Notes: a model not told the origin generated them from the letters alone. A stretch of DNA of 64,000 nucleotides from a bacterium HR10 (GCA_002923315.1 BEHM01000002.1:73838-137837), one strand, 5' to 3'; shown: positions 49,323 through 58,393, counted from the stretch's first letter. Program-made: numbers and translations.

Positions 49323-50735
49323 TCACCGCGCCTCCTCTCCATGAGCGAGGGCTCGCCGAAGCGTCTCCAGAGCGCGCTCCATACCCACGGCGCGTGACCC
49401 TTTGATGAGGATCACATCACCCGGCTGCACATGCTCGGCTAACCACCGCCCCGCCTCTTCCGGCGTCTCCAGGAAGAGGGCCGCCTCCAGTCCGGCCTCG
49501 CGCGCCCCTTCGACCAGCTCGCGCGCCAGGCCGCGCACGCCGACCAGCAGGTCTACGCCGAGGCGAGCGATCTCCTGCCCGCACTCCCGATGCATCGCGG
49601 CCGCGCGCTCGCCCAATTCCAGCATCTCCCCGGCGGCGATCACGCGCCGTCGCGCGCTCTCGATCTCACGCAGCGTCCGCGCCATCTCCAGCAGCGAGCG
49701 CGGATTGGAATTGTACGAATCGTCAATCACGACGATCCCGCGCGGGAGGCGCACGACCTCCCCGCGCCGCGCATACGGCGCGACCGTCGCCAAAGCATCG
49801 GCGATGACCGCGAGCGGCACGCCGCAGACATCGGCCACAGTCGCCGCGGCCAGAATGTTCATCACCTGATGCCGCCCAAGGAGCGGCGTCCGCACGCGCA
49901 CCTCTCCTGAGGGCGTGATCAGCGTGAACGCCATCCCGTCCAGTTCGAGCGCGCGGATGTCACGGGCGCGCACGTCCGCCTCGTTCTCGATCCCGAACGT
50001 GCGCACGGCGATCGGCCGCCGCCATCGCATCCGAGCGACGAGCGGATTATCCGCATTCAGCACGGCGAGCCCATCTTCGGGAAGGGCGTCCACCAATTCC
50101 GCCTTCGCCTCCGCGATGGCTTCCACCGAGGGGAAGAATTCCAGATGCACGGCGCTCACGGTCGTCACCACGCCGATATTCGGTCGAGCGATCGTGCTCA
50201 GGTGCGTGATCTCGCCAGGGCCGCTCATGCCCATCTCCAGGACGGCGTAGTGAACGTCCTCGGGCGACCTCCCTTCGGAGATCAAGCTGAGCAGCGAGAG
50301 GGGCAGGCCATAGATGTTGTTGTAGTTGCCGATGGTCTTGATCACCCGATACCCCCCGGCTTCCAATAAACGCGCCACCAGCTCCTTAGTCATCGTCTTC
50401 CCCGAACTGCCCGTGATGCCGATGACCGTGCGCCCCCAGCGCGCGCGCGCCACGCGCGCCAGCTCGCCGAGCGCCCAGAGCGTATCCCGAACGCGAATCG
50501 TGCGCTCGATCGGCACATCGCCGGGGACTTCTGAGACGACAGCCGCGCAGGCTCCCTTCTGAAGCGCCTCCAGCACGAAGGCGTGGCCATCGCGCGCGCG
50601 CCCTTTGATGGCGAAGAACAGTTCTCCAGGCCGAATCGTGCGCGAATCAATGGAGAAGCCGCACGGCTCCTGCTCAGCGATCTCCGGCGCCGGCGGCAGC
50701 ACTCCCCAGATCTCAGCCATCTCGCGCAGTCTCAT
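49323..50735 (-). CDS. murF: UDP-N-acetylmuramoyl-tripeptide--D-alanyl-D-alanine ligase
   Basis: GITGSSGKTMTKE, DDSYNSNP, GEMLELG, ILIKGSRAVGME. Confidence 0.93.
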   Translation of the reverse strand: MRLREMAEIWGVLPPAPEIAEQEPCGFSIDSRTIRPGELFFAIKGRARDGHAFVLEALQKGACAAVVSEVPGDVPIERTIRVRDTLWALGELARVARARWGRTVIGITGSSGKTMTKELVARLLEAGGYRVIKTIGNYNNIYGLPLSLLSLISEGRSPEDVHYAVLEMGMSGPGEITHLSTIARPNIGVVTTVSAVHLEFFPSVEAIAEAKAELVDALPEDGLAVLNADNPLVARMRWRRPIAVRTFGIENEADVRARDIRALELDGMAFTLITPSGEVRVRTPLLGRHQVMNILAAATVADVCGVPLAVIADALATVAPYARRGEVVRLPRGIVVIDDSYNSNPRSLLEMARTLREIESARRRVIAAGEMLELGERAAAMHRECGQEIARLGVDLLVGVRGLARELVEGAREAGLEAALFLETPEEAGRWLAEHVQPGDVILIKGSRAVGMERALETLRRALAHGEEAR

Positions 50736-52234
50736 CCTCCTCCTCCGAATCGTTCCCGCAAGGCCGCGCGCGCGACCTCACGGTCGTCGAAGGGGATCAC
50801 GCGGTCTTTGAGAATCTGATACGTCTCGTGCCCCTTGCCCGCGATCAAGACGATGTCCCCGGGCTCGGCCAAGGTGATCGCCATCCGAATGGCCTCACCG
50901 CGATCCACGATCCTCACGTATGGCGTGCTCGTGCGCCGCAATCCCTCCTCGATCTCCGCGATGATGGCTTCCGGGTCCTCCGAACGCGGATTATCCGAAG
51001 TCACGATCACCAGGTGCGAGAGCGCGCCCGCCGTCTCCCCCATCGGCGCGCGCTTGCGCCGATCGCGATCGCCGCCGCATCCGAAGACGGTGAGGATGCG
51101 CCCCCCAGTGGAGAGCGCACGCATGAGGTCTCGCGCCGTGTCGAGCAGATTCCGCAACGCATCCTCCGTGTGCGCGTAGTCCACCACGACCAGGAATGGA
51201 TGCTCGGGCCCAGAGACGACCTCCAGTCGTCCCGGCACCGGAGGACATGCCTCGATCCCCCTGGCGATCACCTCCGGCGAGAATCCGAGCGCGAGTCCGG
51301 TGGCGATCGCCGCCAGGATGTTCTTGACATTCGGACGCCCGATGAGCCGGGAGCGCACGGCGATCTCCCCCCGCGGCGTGCGCGCCGTGAGCCGCAGCCC
51401 GTCCAGGGAGAAGGCGACGTCTTTGACGAAGACGTCGCCTGAGGTCTCGCCATAGGTGAGCACGCGTCCGCGCGAGACGGCGATCAGCTCCGCCGCGCGC
51501 GCATCGTCTCTGTTGAGGATGGCGATCTCGGGCGCCTTTCCAAGCGTGCCATCGAAGAGCTTGCGCTTGGCGGCGAAGTACGCCTCCATCGTCCCGTGAA
51601 AGTCTAGGTGCTCGGGCGTGAGATTCGTGAAGACGGCGGCCGTGAACTCGCAGCCGTGCACGCGCCGAAGTTCGAGCGCGTGCGAGGAGACCTCCAGCAC
51701 GGCGTAGCGGCATCCGGCCTCCACCGCGCGTCGGAGGAAGCTCTGGACCTCCGGCGCTTCCGGCGTCGTGCGCTCGGCCGCGACCTCTTCCTCGCCGATC
51801 GTATATGTGGTCGTCCCCCAGCGCGCCGATCGCTCTCCCGCCGCGCGGATCACGGCGTCAATCAGATAGGTCGTCGTCGTCTTGCCATTGGTTCCCGTCA
51901 CGCCGATGAGCGTGAGCGCGCGCGAGGGGTAGTCGTAAAAGGCGAGCGCCAGTTCGGCCAACGCTCGCCGCGCGTCTTCGACCTGCAACCACACGCGCGG
52001 GAAATCCGATAGAGGCGGTTGCTCGGAGACGATGGCCACTGCGCCGCGCGCGAGGGCCTCGGGGATGAAGGCATTCCCATCCCGCTGGAACCCCCGGATG
52101 GCGACAAAGAGGCTACCCGGCACAACCCGCCGCGAGTCATACGCGATGGCCGTCACGCGTTCCTCGAGGAGCCGCCCGAAAACTCGGGCGCGCGTCACCT
52201 CGGCGGCCTGTTTGAGCGTCATGCCCATCATCAT
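50732..52234 (-). CDS. murE: UDP-N-acetylmuramoyl-L-alanyl-D-glutamate--2,6-diaminopimelate ligase
   Basis: [46 protein letters not shown]. Start at MMMGMTLKQ (ATG 52234 overlaps the ftsI stop). The track ORF to 53356 is over-extended. Confidence 0.93.
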   Translation of the reverse strand: MMMGMTLKQAAEVTRARVFGRLLEERVTAIAYDSRRVVPGSLFVAIRGFQRDGNAFIPEALARGAVAIVSEQPPLSDFPRVWLQVEDARRALAELALAFYDYPSRALTLIGVTGTNGKTTTTYLIDAVIRAAGERSARWGTTTYTIGEEEVAAERTTPEAPEVQSFLRRAVEAGCRYAVLEVSSHALELRRVHGCEFTAAVFTNLTPEHLDFHGTMEAYFAAKRKLFDGTLGKAPEIAILNRDDARAAELIAVSRGRVLTYGETSGDVFVKDVAFSLDGLRLTARTPRGEIAVRSRLIGRPNVKNILAAIATGLALGFSPEVIARGIEACPPVPGRLEVVSGPEHPFLVVVDYAHTEDALRNLLDTARDLMRALSTGGRILTVFGCGGDRDRRKRAPMGETAGALSHLVIVTSDNPRSEDPEAIIAEIEEGLRRTSTPYVRIVDRGEAIRMAITLAEPGDIVLIAGKGHETYQILKDRVIPFDDREVARAALRERFGGGG

Positions 52235-54294
52235 TGAAACTCCACGCGGCACGTCGTCCCGCGGACGACGAGCGCTCCCGCCATCGGTTCCTGCCGCACA
52301 GCTCGTCCTGAGCCGGAGACGATCAGCCGCAGACCGATCCGCGCGCATTGCTCGGTCACCGCGCGCACCCCTTGACCGCGGAAGTCCGGGACGCGGACAA
52401 GGGGAGGATCGGGCCCTTTCCCATTCGGCGATGCCTCCTGCGCTGAGGCGATCAGCCCACGCGCGCTCTTCAAGAGAGACGCCGAGGGGAGAGCAGAGAG
52501 CTGAACCTCGCCATCCCCAGTCGTCTCCGAGACGCCGAAGCCCGATTCCCCACCCGTCCCCTCCGAAGCGAAGTTCGCCCGCAACGCCAGCAGTGGACGT
52601 TCCCCCGACCGATCCGGAGGCACCGCCAGCGCGTGAAGGGCAGCCTCGGCGATCCGCTTGAAGACGGGCGCGGCCACCTCGCCCCCGTAATGCCGCGTGC
52701 GCGGATGATCGAGGGCGACCAGCACGACGATGCGAGGATCGGCCACCGGGGCGAATCCCGCGAACGACGCCACATAGCGCGTCTTCGAATATCGGCGCGT
52801 GCGGGGATCGAACTGTTGCGCTGTCCCGGTCTTGCCAGCCGCTGAATATCCGCTGAGTTGCGCCAATCGCCCTGTGCCGCGCTCGACGACCCCCTGCAGC
52901 AGGTCGGCCAGCGCGCGCGCCGTCGCCGCGCTGATGACGCGGCGCCGCTCGGGATCGGCGCGGCGCACCACCTCGCCCTCGCGCGAGCGAACCGCTCGCA
53001 CCAGATGCGGCTGCACCCACACGCCCTCGTTGGCGATCACAGCCATCGCCGCCGCCATCTGCAGCGCTGTCACCCCGATCTCCTGACCGATTGCGATCGC
53101 ACCGATCGAGACCGGCCTCCACCGTCGCACGGGTCGAATGAGCCCTCGCGCTTCTCCCGGAAGTTCGATCCCCGTGCGTCGGCCGAAACCGAAGCGCTCG
53201 ATGTACTGCGCCAGCCGCTCGGCGCCCACCCGCAACGCGATCTGAATCGTCCCCACATTGCTCGATTGTTCGAGCACCTCTCGCGCGGTGAGGCGGAAGA
53301 AGGGACGGTGATCGCGAATGGCGCGACCGGCCAGGACGATACGTCCTCCCAAGCACTCGATGATCTCACTGGGGCGGAGCAGACCCTCCTCCAAGGCGGC
53401 TGCGAAGGTCACGATCTTGAAGACCGATCCCGGCTCATAGAGATCGCGGACCGCTCGATTGCGCCGCGCCTCGTCCGGCGCTCTCCAGAAGATGTTAGGG
53501 TCGAAGGTGGGCGCATTCGCGAGCGCGAGGATCTCGCCCGTCTTCGGATCGAGCACGATGGCGATCCCACTGCGCGCTCCCGTGCGCCGAACGGCCTCAC
53601 GAAGCTCCCGCTCCGTGTGGAACTGAATCGTCGCATCGAGCGTCAGGACGAGATCGTGCCCGCGGGTGACCGGACGCTGCGCCCGCTCATAGGTCCGCCC
53701 GCGCGCGTCTCGATAGACGAAGACCGTGCTCTCCTCACCGCGAATCTCGCGATCGTAGGTGAACTCGACGCCATCCAGTCCGACTTCATCTATGCCCGCA
53801 TAGCCGAGCACGTGGGCCGCCAGTTCCCCGTTCGGATACGTGCGCTTGTTCTCGGTGACGAAGTGAATGCCCGGAAGGCCGAGGGCCTGAATCGCCGTCG
53901 CCTCCTCGGGCGTGACCTTGCGCTTCACCCAGACGAACTCGCGGCGCTCGGAGAGCTTCCCGCGCAGCGCCTCCAGGTCCATCTTCAGTATGCGCGCCAG
54001 CTCGCGCGCAGTGCGATCCGGATCCTCGATCTCCATCGGGACGGCGAAGATCGAAGGCGCGTCCACGCTCTTGGCCAGCTCCCGTCCCGCGCGATCGTAA
54101 ATCGTCCCTCGCACCGGTGCGACGCGAATCGCCCGCCGTTGTTGGCGATCCGCCTGCGCGCGCCAGTGCTCCTGCTGCACGATCTGCACATGGATGAGGC
54201 GGCCACCAAGCAGCAGCATCCACAGCGACAGAAGCCCCGTCAGTTGGAGGAGACGACGCCGAATGGTCTTCTTGTACAACTCGCGCTTGATCAC
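52231..54294 (-). CDS. ftsI: peptidoglycan D,D-transpeptidase FtsI (class B PBP) with C-terminal PASTA-like domain
   Basis: N-terminal TM helix; SVFKIVTFAAALE (SxxK), SSNVG (SxN), AGKTGTA (KTG). After a low-complexity linker, VRVPDFRGQGVRAVTEQCARIGLRLIVSGSGRAVRQEPMAGALVVRGTTCRVEF looks like a PASTA domain. Confidence 0.92.
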   Translation of the reverse strand: MIKRELYKKTIRRRLLQLTGLLSLWMLLLGGRLIHVQIVQQEHWRAQADRQQRRAIRVAPVRGTIYDRAGRELAKSVDAPSIFAVPMEIEDPDRTARELARILKMDLEALRGKLSERREFVWVKRKVTPEEATAIQALGLPGIHFVTENKRTYPNGELAAHVLGYAGIDEVGLDGVEFTYDREIRGEESTVFVYRDARGRTYERAQRPVTRGHDLVLTLDATIQFHTERELREAVRRTGARSGIAIVLDPKTGEILALANAPTFDPNIFWRAPDEARRNRAVRDLYEPGSVFKIVTFAAALEEGLLRPSEIIECLGGRIVLAGRAIRDHRPFFRLTAREVLEQSSNVGTIQIALRVGAERLAQYIERFGFGRRTGIELPGEARGLIRPVRRWRPVSIGAIAIGQEIGVTALQMAAAMAVIANEGVWVQPHLVRAVRSREGEVVRRADPERRRVISAATARALADLLQGVVERGTGRLAQLSGYSAAGKTGTAQQFDPRTRRYSKTRYVASFAGFAPVADPRIVVLVALDHPRTRHYGGEVAAPVFKRIAEAALHALAVPPDRSGERPLLALRANFASEGTGGESGFGVSETTGDGEVQLSALPSASLLKSARGLIASAQEASPNGKGPDPPLVRVPDFRGQGVRAVTEQCARIGLRLIVSGSGRAVRQEPMAGALVVRGTTCRVEFQ

Positions 54295-55073
54295 GGCTCA
54301 CCTTGCTTGGACGGTCTTCGCCGCTTCGGTGCCGCATCTTCCGACGAGACGTGGGATCGCTCCGGTGAGGATGTTCCTCCACCCGCGTCCGATCCTCTCA
54401 CCGCAGGTTCCCTCTCACTCTCCACTGTCGTATCGTGCTCGGCGTGAGACCCCGCCGCCTGGGGGGCTCGTTCCGCTCCCGCGCCATCGTCGCTTGGCGC
54501 GACCGATCGCGCGCGATGTGGCCGCCGCACCGTGCGCACGCCTTCCGATCGCGCCGCTCCTCGTGGCCCGGAGAGCAGAGGCGAGGGAGCAGGCTCACCC
54601 GTCCCCTTCTCAAAGCTCAGGGCGGATGCCCCCTGCAGCTCGATCTCGCGTGAAGGCGGCGTGGGGACCCCCTTCCCGATCACGATCACTTGCGAGGGAT
54701 CGGGACGAATGAGCCCAAGCCGCCGAGCCAGTGGCTCGATCACTTGTGGCGACCGATAGTACGCGCGCTCCGATTCCAACTGCCGCTTCAACGCCTCCAA
54801 TCGCTCGCGCTCGCGCACGAGTTGGTTCAGCCGATAGCCGTAGCGCAACGCTTCGACATGTTGCCACGTCGCCACAATGAGCGAGAGGGCGACAAGACCC
54901 ACGATCCCCAGCACAAGGGCTACGCGATGACCCGCCCGCTGATCCGTTCGGTGTGGAACCTGAGCATTTGAGACGCGCACATGCCGTGTCATCTCGTCCT
55001 CCGTCATGCGACGTTCACAGCTTGAGCTTCTCGCCGGATCCCTTCCGTTCATCCACAAGACTCGCGCGATCAT
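54291..55073 (-). CDS. ftsL: FtsL-like cell division protein with long low-complexity C-terminal tail
   Basis: Position between rsmH and ftsI. One TM helix (VALVLGIVGLVALSLIVATW) plus a coiled coil (YGYRLNQLVRERERLEALKRQLESERAYYRSPQVIE). About 130 extra P/A/S/G/R-rich residues. Alternative start at ATG 55007. Confidence 0.7.
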   Translation of the reverse strand: MIARVLWMNGRDPARSSSCERRMTEDEMTRHVRVSNAQVPHRTDQRAGHRVALVLGIVGLVALSLIVATWQHVEALRYGYRLNQLVRERERLEALKRQLESERAYYRSPQVIEPLARRLGLIRPDPSQVIVIGKGVPTPPSREIELQGASALSFEKGTGEPAPSPLLSGPRGAARSEGVRTVRRPHRARSVAPSDDGAGAERAPQAAGSHAEHDTTVESEREPAVRGSDAGGGTSSPERSHVSSEDAAPKRRRPSKQGEP

Positions 55074-56092
55074 CCGTCAGCTCGCTCGCCGGCGCGAAGC
55101 CTCGCGCTGCGCGCGCGAGGATTCTCCTGCACCTCCAAATCGCTCGGTCGCACCGCCCGAGGCGTCAGTAGCACGAGGCGTCGTGCTGCTCCGCACCGGG
55201 GGCAGGATTCCGTCTCACTGTGCGGGATCAGCCATCGAGCCGCACATTCGCAGTACCCAGCATGAACGCGCAATCTGCGCTTGATCACTCGATCCTCGAG
55301 CGAGTGAAACGCGATGATGACCACCCGCCCGCCGGGCGCAAGCCGCGCGATGGCCGTATCCAGGAAGTCCTCCAAACCTGACAGCTCCTCATTCACTGCG
55401 ATCCGGAGCGCCTGAAACGTCCGCGTCGCTGGATGCAGGCGCCCCCTTCGCCGACCCCCTACGGCGCGCGCGACGATCGCCGCCAGCTCGGTCGTCGTCC
55501 GAATCGGCCCGGCCTCCCGCGCTCGAACAATCGCCCGCGCGATCCGACGCGCCGCCGGTTCCTCCCCATAGCGGAAGATGAGATCGGCCAGCTCCCGCTC
55601 ACTCAGCGTGTTCACCAGATCGGCGGCCGTCACCGCCCGCCGCCGATCCATGCGCATGTCGAGCGGCCCTTCTTGCTGAAAGCTGAACCCTCGCTCGGCC
55701 GTCTCCAATTGAAGCGACGAGACGCCAAGGTCAACGAGAATCCCTTCGACCGTCTCAAGCCCAAGCCGGGTGAGGATCTCATCCAGGCGCTTGAAGTCCT
55801 CCTGTACGGGCAGGAACCGCTCCCCATACGCGCGCAGGCGCTCCCGCGCCAGAGCGAGCGCCTCCTCGTCCCAATCAATCCCGATCACGCGCACGCGCTC
55901 GGACGCCGAGAGCAACGCCTCCGCATGCCCGCCCGTCCCCACCGTGCAGTCCACGATCACGCCGTCCAAACACGGACGTAGCAGCTCGACGACCTCGCGC
56001 ACGAGCACCGGACGATGTCTCGCGCGCTCTGGGTCCACGCTAGATGCCCAACTTCGCAATGGCTGCCGCATCTTCCTTCGTGAAGACCCCAA
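55070..56092 (-). CDS. rsmH: 16S rRNA (cytosine1402-N4)-methyltransferase
   Basis: HRPVLVREVVELL, DCTVGTGGHAEALL, DLGVSSLQLE, FHSLEDRVIK. The start is uncertain: track ATG 56092 overlaps mraZ by 53 nt, and GTG 56038 (1 nt after the mraZ stop) is an alternative. Confidence 0.9.
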   Translation of the reverse strand: MGSSRRKMRQPLRSWASSVDPERARHRPVLVREVVELLRPCLDGVIVDCTVGTGGHAEALLSASERVRVIGIDWDEEALALARERLRAYGERFLPVQEDFKRLDEILTRLGLETVEGILVDLGVSSLQLETAERGFSFQQEGPLDMRMDRRRAVTAADLVNTLSERELADLIFRYGEEPAARRIARAIVRAREAGPIRTTTELAAIVARAVGGRRRGRLHPATRTFQALRIAVNEELSGLEDFLDTAIARLAPGGRVVIIAFHSLEDRVIKRRLRVHAGYCECAARWLIPHSETESCPRCGAARRLVLLTPRAVRPSDLEVQENPRARSARLRAGERADG

Positions 56093-56474
56093 GCTGCGCC
56101 TCGAACTTCTCCAGATTCCACACCTGAAGATAGGTGATGTAGCCCAGGACGGCGACCTCGCCGTTCAGTTCGGCTTTCGCCCGAAGCGGAGGATGGATGA
56201 GAATTCGCCCCTGCCCATCCATGGTCGCCTGCCGCCCGTAGAAGTTCGTCACCCGCAGGAACTTCTCCTTCACCGGATCCATCTCCGGCAGTTGGGCGAG
56301 CCGTTGCTCGATCTTCTCCCACTCCGGCAAGGGATAGAGCCGAACATGATCCCCATCTAGGCTCGTGACGAAGAATTCCGAGCCGTACTTTTGCAGGATG
56401 ATGTCGCGGAAGGCGGCTGGGATTTTGATCCGTCCCTTCTCATCAATGCGCGTCGTGTAGTTGCCGCGTAACAT
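56040..56474 (-). CDS. mraZ: transcriptional regulator MraZ
   Basis: MLRGNYTTRIDEKGRIKIPAAFR and the second half-domain DGQGRILIHPPLR (duplicated DxxxR/SpoVT-AbrB fold motifs). First gene of the dcw cluster; GAGGG SD. Confidence 0.95.
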   Translation of the reverse strand: MLRGNYTTRIDEKGRIKIPAAFRDIILQKYGSEFFVTSLDGDHVRLYPLPEWEKIEQRLAQLPEMDPVKEKFLRVTNFYGRQATMDGQGRILIHPPLRAKAELNGEVAVLGYITYLQVWNLEKFEAQLGVFTKEDAAAIAKLGI

Positions 56475-56548
56475 CTTAACCCTCAGCCACTTTCCGCGAT
56501 CTCTTGAAGTTGAGCTTTAACCGCCTGCTTCGGTCTCCGACCAGCGAA

Positions 56549-56572
56549 CCACTTTAGTCCACTTTAGTCCAC
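56549..56572 (-). promoter_or_regulatory. MraZ operator candidate: three GTGG boxes phased at 10 bp
   Basis: The minus strand reads GTGGactaaaGTGGactaaaGTGGttc (plus strand ccactttagt x2 + ccac). It lies directly downstream of the candidate -10 and 75-98 nt upstream of the mraZ ATG. Confidence 0.6.
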
Positions 56573-56579
56573 CTGGCGT

Positions 56580-56608
56580 ATGCTACGGAAAACGGCCCGC
56601 AGTGTCAA
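56580..56608 (-). promoter_or_regulatory. candidate Pmra promoter
   Basis: Minus strand: TTGACA (56608-56603), 17 nt (ctgcgggccgttttccg), TAGCAT (56585-56580). Confidence 0.5.
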
Positions 56609-56825
56609 GGAGAAAGTGTGCGCAGGGGGGCGGGTGCAGGGGCTTCGGGCTGGTTTTTCGGCAGCAACCGCCCTCGTGGGCACTCGCCGCCACTCAGAGG
56701 GTGCCCTTCGCCGTCGGTCGTCCTGGAACTCGTTTTCTATTCCGGATCAAAGGGCGACTTTGCCGTTCGATCCAGGGCCGACCAAGCTGCGCCGATGATG
56801 GGCGTCCGCCATAAACAATTGGGGC

Positions 56826-56858
56826 TTGACAGACAGACAGACAGACAGACAGTATAAT
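56826..56858 (+). promoter_or_regulatory. consensus -35/-10 promoter whose spacer is a tetranucleotide repeat
   Basis: TTGACA (56826-56831) and TATAAT (56853-56858) are separated by 21 nt made of GACA repeats. AAGGAGG lies 25 nt downstream of the -10, then ATG at 56897. Confidence 0.6.
56828..56852 (+). repeat. (GACA)x6 microsatellite
   Basis: gacagacagacagacagacagacag: six perfect GACA units plus a G. The first unit is part of the TTGACA hexamer. Confidence 0.95.
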
Positions 56859-56896
56859 GCCGGACCGTCAGGGAAGACTCTTAAGGAGGGACGACC

Positions 56897-57229
56897 ATGA
56901 GGAAGTTGAGCGTTCGACTCATCATGAACCTAGTCATCACCCTGATGGTCCTTTGGCCGCCCGCTCCACCTTCGGGAGCGGTATTAACTTCGCTAGCGCA
57001 GAGATGCGGCGGAGACTTCTCAGTCTCAAACATGGAACGCAGAGTTATTGGCATCGGTTTGCAAGGGACGACCTATACGCAGTGTGTATCCGTGTGTTCC
57101 CAAGAGGCCTATAATTGGACCACGAACGAGTGCATTCCAATTCTCCCAACTGGAACCGATTGGGTCTGTTACGTGATCTTAGCCTTTTGGGAGGCAGGAT
57201 GTGTGCTCATCTGCCCGTTCATACCGTGA
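56897..57229 (+). CDS. small secreted/membrane Cys-rich protein (hypothetical)
   Basis: Strong SD (TTAAGGAGGG). MRKLSVRLIMNLVITLMVLWPPAPPSGA is a signal-like N-terminus. Seven Cys residues. Hydrophobic C-terminus WVCYVILAFWEAGCVLICPFIP. Lower GC than the surrounding genes. Confidence 0.6.
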   Translation: MRKLSVRLIMNLVITLMVLWPPAPPSGAVLTSLAQRCGGDFSVSNMERRVIGIGLQGTTYTQCVSVCSQEAYNWTTNECIPILPTGTDWVCYVILAFWEAGCVLICPFIP

Positions 57230-57298
57230 GTGCGAGATGAACAGGAAGGGGGGCTGGACCAACGTGCTTTGTTTCGAAGCACGCTCTCTGTAATTCCC

Positions 57299-58393
57299 AT
57301 GCGTCTTCAGAGCCTCAGCGGACAATATATAGAGGTACTGCTCGTACTCGCAGGGCTCTTGTGGCAACACGGGACTGTGCACTTGAGCTCTTCGCTCGTC
57401 CTCGTCCCCGTAGTCGTGCAGCAGAGGGATGGAACTCCGATCACGGACCTCACACAAGCGGACTTTCTGATTTATGAGGGAAAGAAGAGACGTTCTATCG
57501 CGTACTTTGACAAAGAGGAGCTGCCACTTCACATCGCGCTTGTCCTTGAACCTCCCAATGCATCTTCACAGGCCGAAGCTGAGCGGATGCGTGAGCAACT
57601 TAATCGCCCAGAGCGAGACGTCGCCCCTCCGGGGCTTCCCACTACTCAGGAGGAGTTTAGGCGTTGGGCAGCTATTCAGGTGGCTGCATTAAGAGTGCTC
57701 GAGGTCCTCGGTTCCAACGATGGAGTGGCTCTCTTCACCACCTGTGGAGAGTTGCGGCATCCGTTGACGAATGATCTCGCCGTTATCCGGGAAAACATCC
57801 GTGAACTGGCTACGACGATTCAGATCTGCCCATCGGGTCATTTCTTAGATAGAGACGAACTCATTGCGATAAGCTCTTATCTGAGGCAAGCCTCTAGCGG
57901 ACGTTCACAGCGAGTGATCGTAATCATTTCGGACAATCATATCATGCCAAGGAAGCCCGCTCCCTCGCTCGATGAGGTGAGAAAGGCGATTCTCATGGCC
58001 AATGCTACGGTCTGTGGGATCGGCATTGAGAACCGAGGGTGTGCGACGTTTCGCCGAATGTCCATGGGGATAGCGCCTCCTCTTATCCCTCTCCTGCTCG
58101 CGTGGTTTAAGGACATCGCTTACTTTTCACAGATGAGCGGAGGGATCGTTGTGCCCGCCGATCCTTCTTCTTCTGCCGAGGCAATATCTCGCGCGACTTC
58201 GCTCGTTGGAGGCTTTCTTCAGAGGCTTCGTCAGAGTTACACTCTTGGTTTTTGGCCAGACGAGTCAACGGTCGGGGAGGTTCGAGAGATAAAAATCGAG
58301 TTGACTCCCCAAGCGCGAAAGAGATATCCGCATGTTCAGCTCCGTTACCGCCGAAGTTATGTGATCACCGAGCGGTCACGGGCTTCTCGGTGA
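57299..58393 (+). CDS. VWA-domain protein of the 'VWFA-related Acidobacterial domain' type
   Basis: LVLVPVVVQQRDGTPITDLTQADFLIYEGKKRRSIAYF matches the characteristic N-terminal beta-sandwich motif of that family. It continues IALVLE..., GVALFTT..., VIVIISDNH (VWA-like), and the C-terminal YTLGFWPDES...IKIELTP...VQLRYRRSY. The start is uncertain (GTG 57230 per the track, or ATG 57299). Confidence 0.75.
   Translation: MRLQSLSGQYIEVLLVLAGLLWQHGTVHLSSSLVLVPVVVQQRDGTPITDLTQADFLIYEGKKRRSIAYFDKEELPLHIALVLEPPNASSQAEAERMREQLNRPERDVAPPGLPTTQEEFRRWAAIQVAALRVLEVLGSNDGVALFTTCGELRHPLTNDLAVIRENIRELATTIQICPSGHFLDRDELIAISSYLRQASSGRSQRVIVIISDNHIMPRKPAPSLDEVRKAILMANATVCGIGIENRGCATFRRMSMGIAPPLIPLLLAWFKDIAYFSQMSGGIVVPADPSSSAEAISRATSLVGGFLQRLRQSYTLGFWPDESTVGEVREIKIELTPQARKRYPHVQLRYRRSYVITERSRASR

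Noticed and set aside
46732-49326. Over-long track ORFs suggesting fusions or N-terminal extensions: murD 864 aa, murE 874 aa (50732..53356), ftsW 462 aa, 17368..18624, 36961..38730, 19242..19709, 21519..23111.
   Set aside because: The extensions overlap the upstream gene in another frame and have nonsense composition. Internal ATG starts coincide with upstream stops (ATGA-type coupling) and with the conserved protein N-termini.
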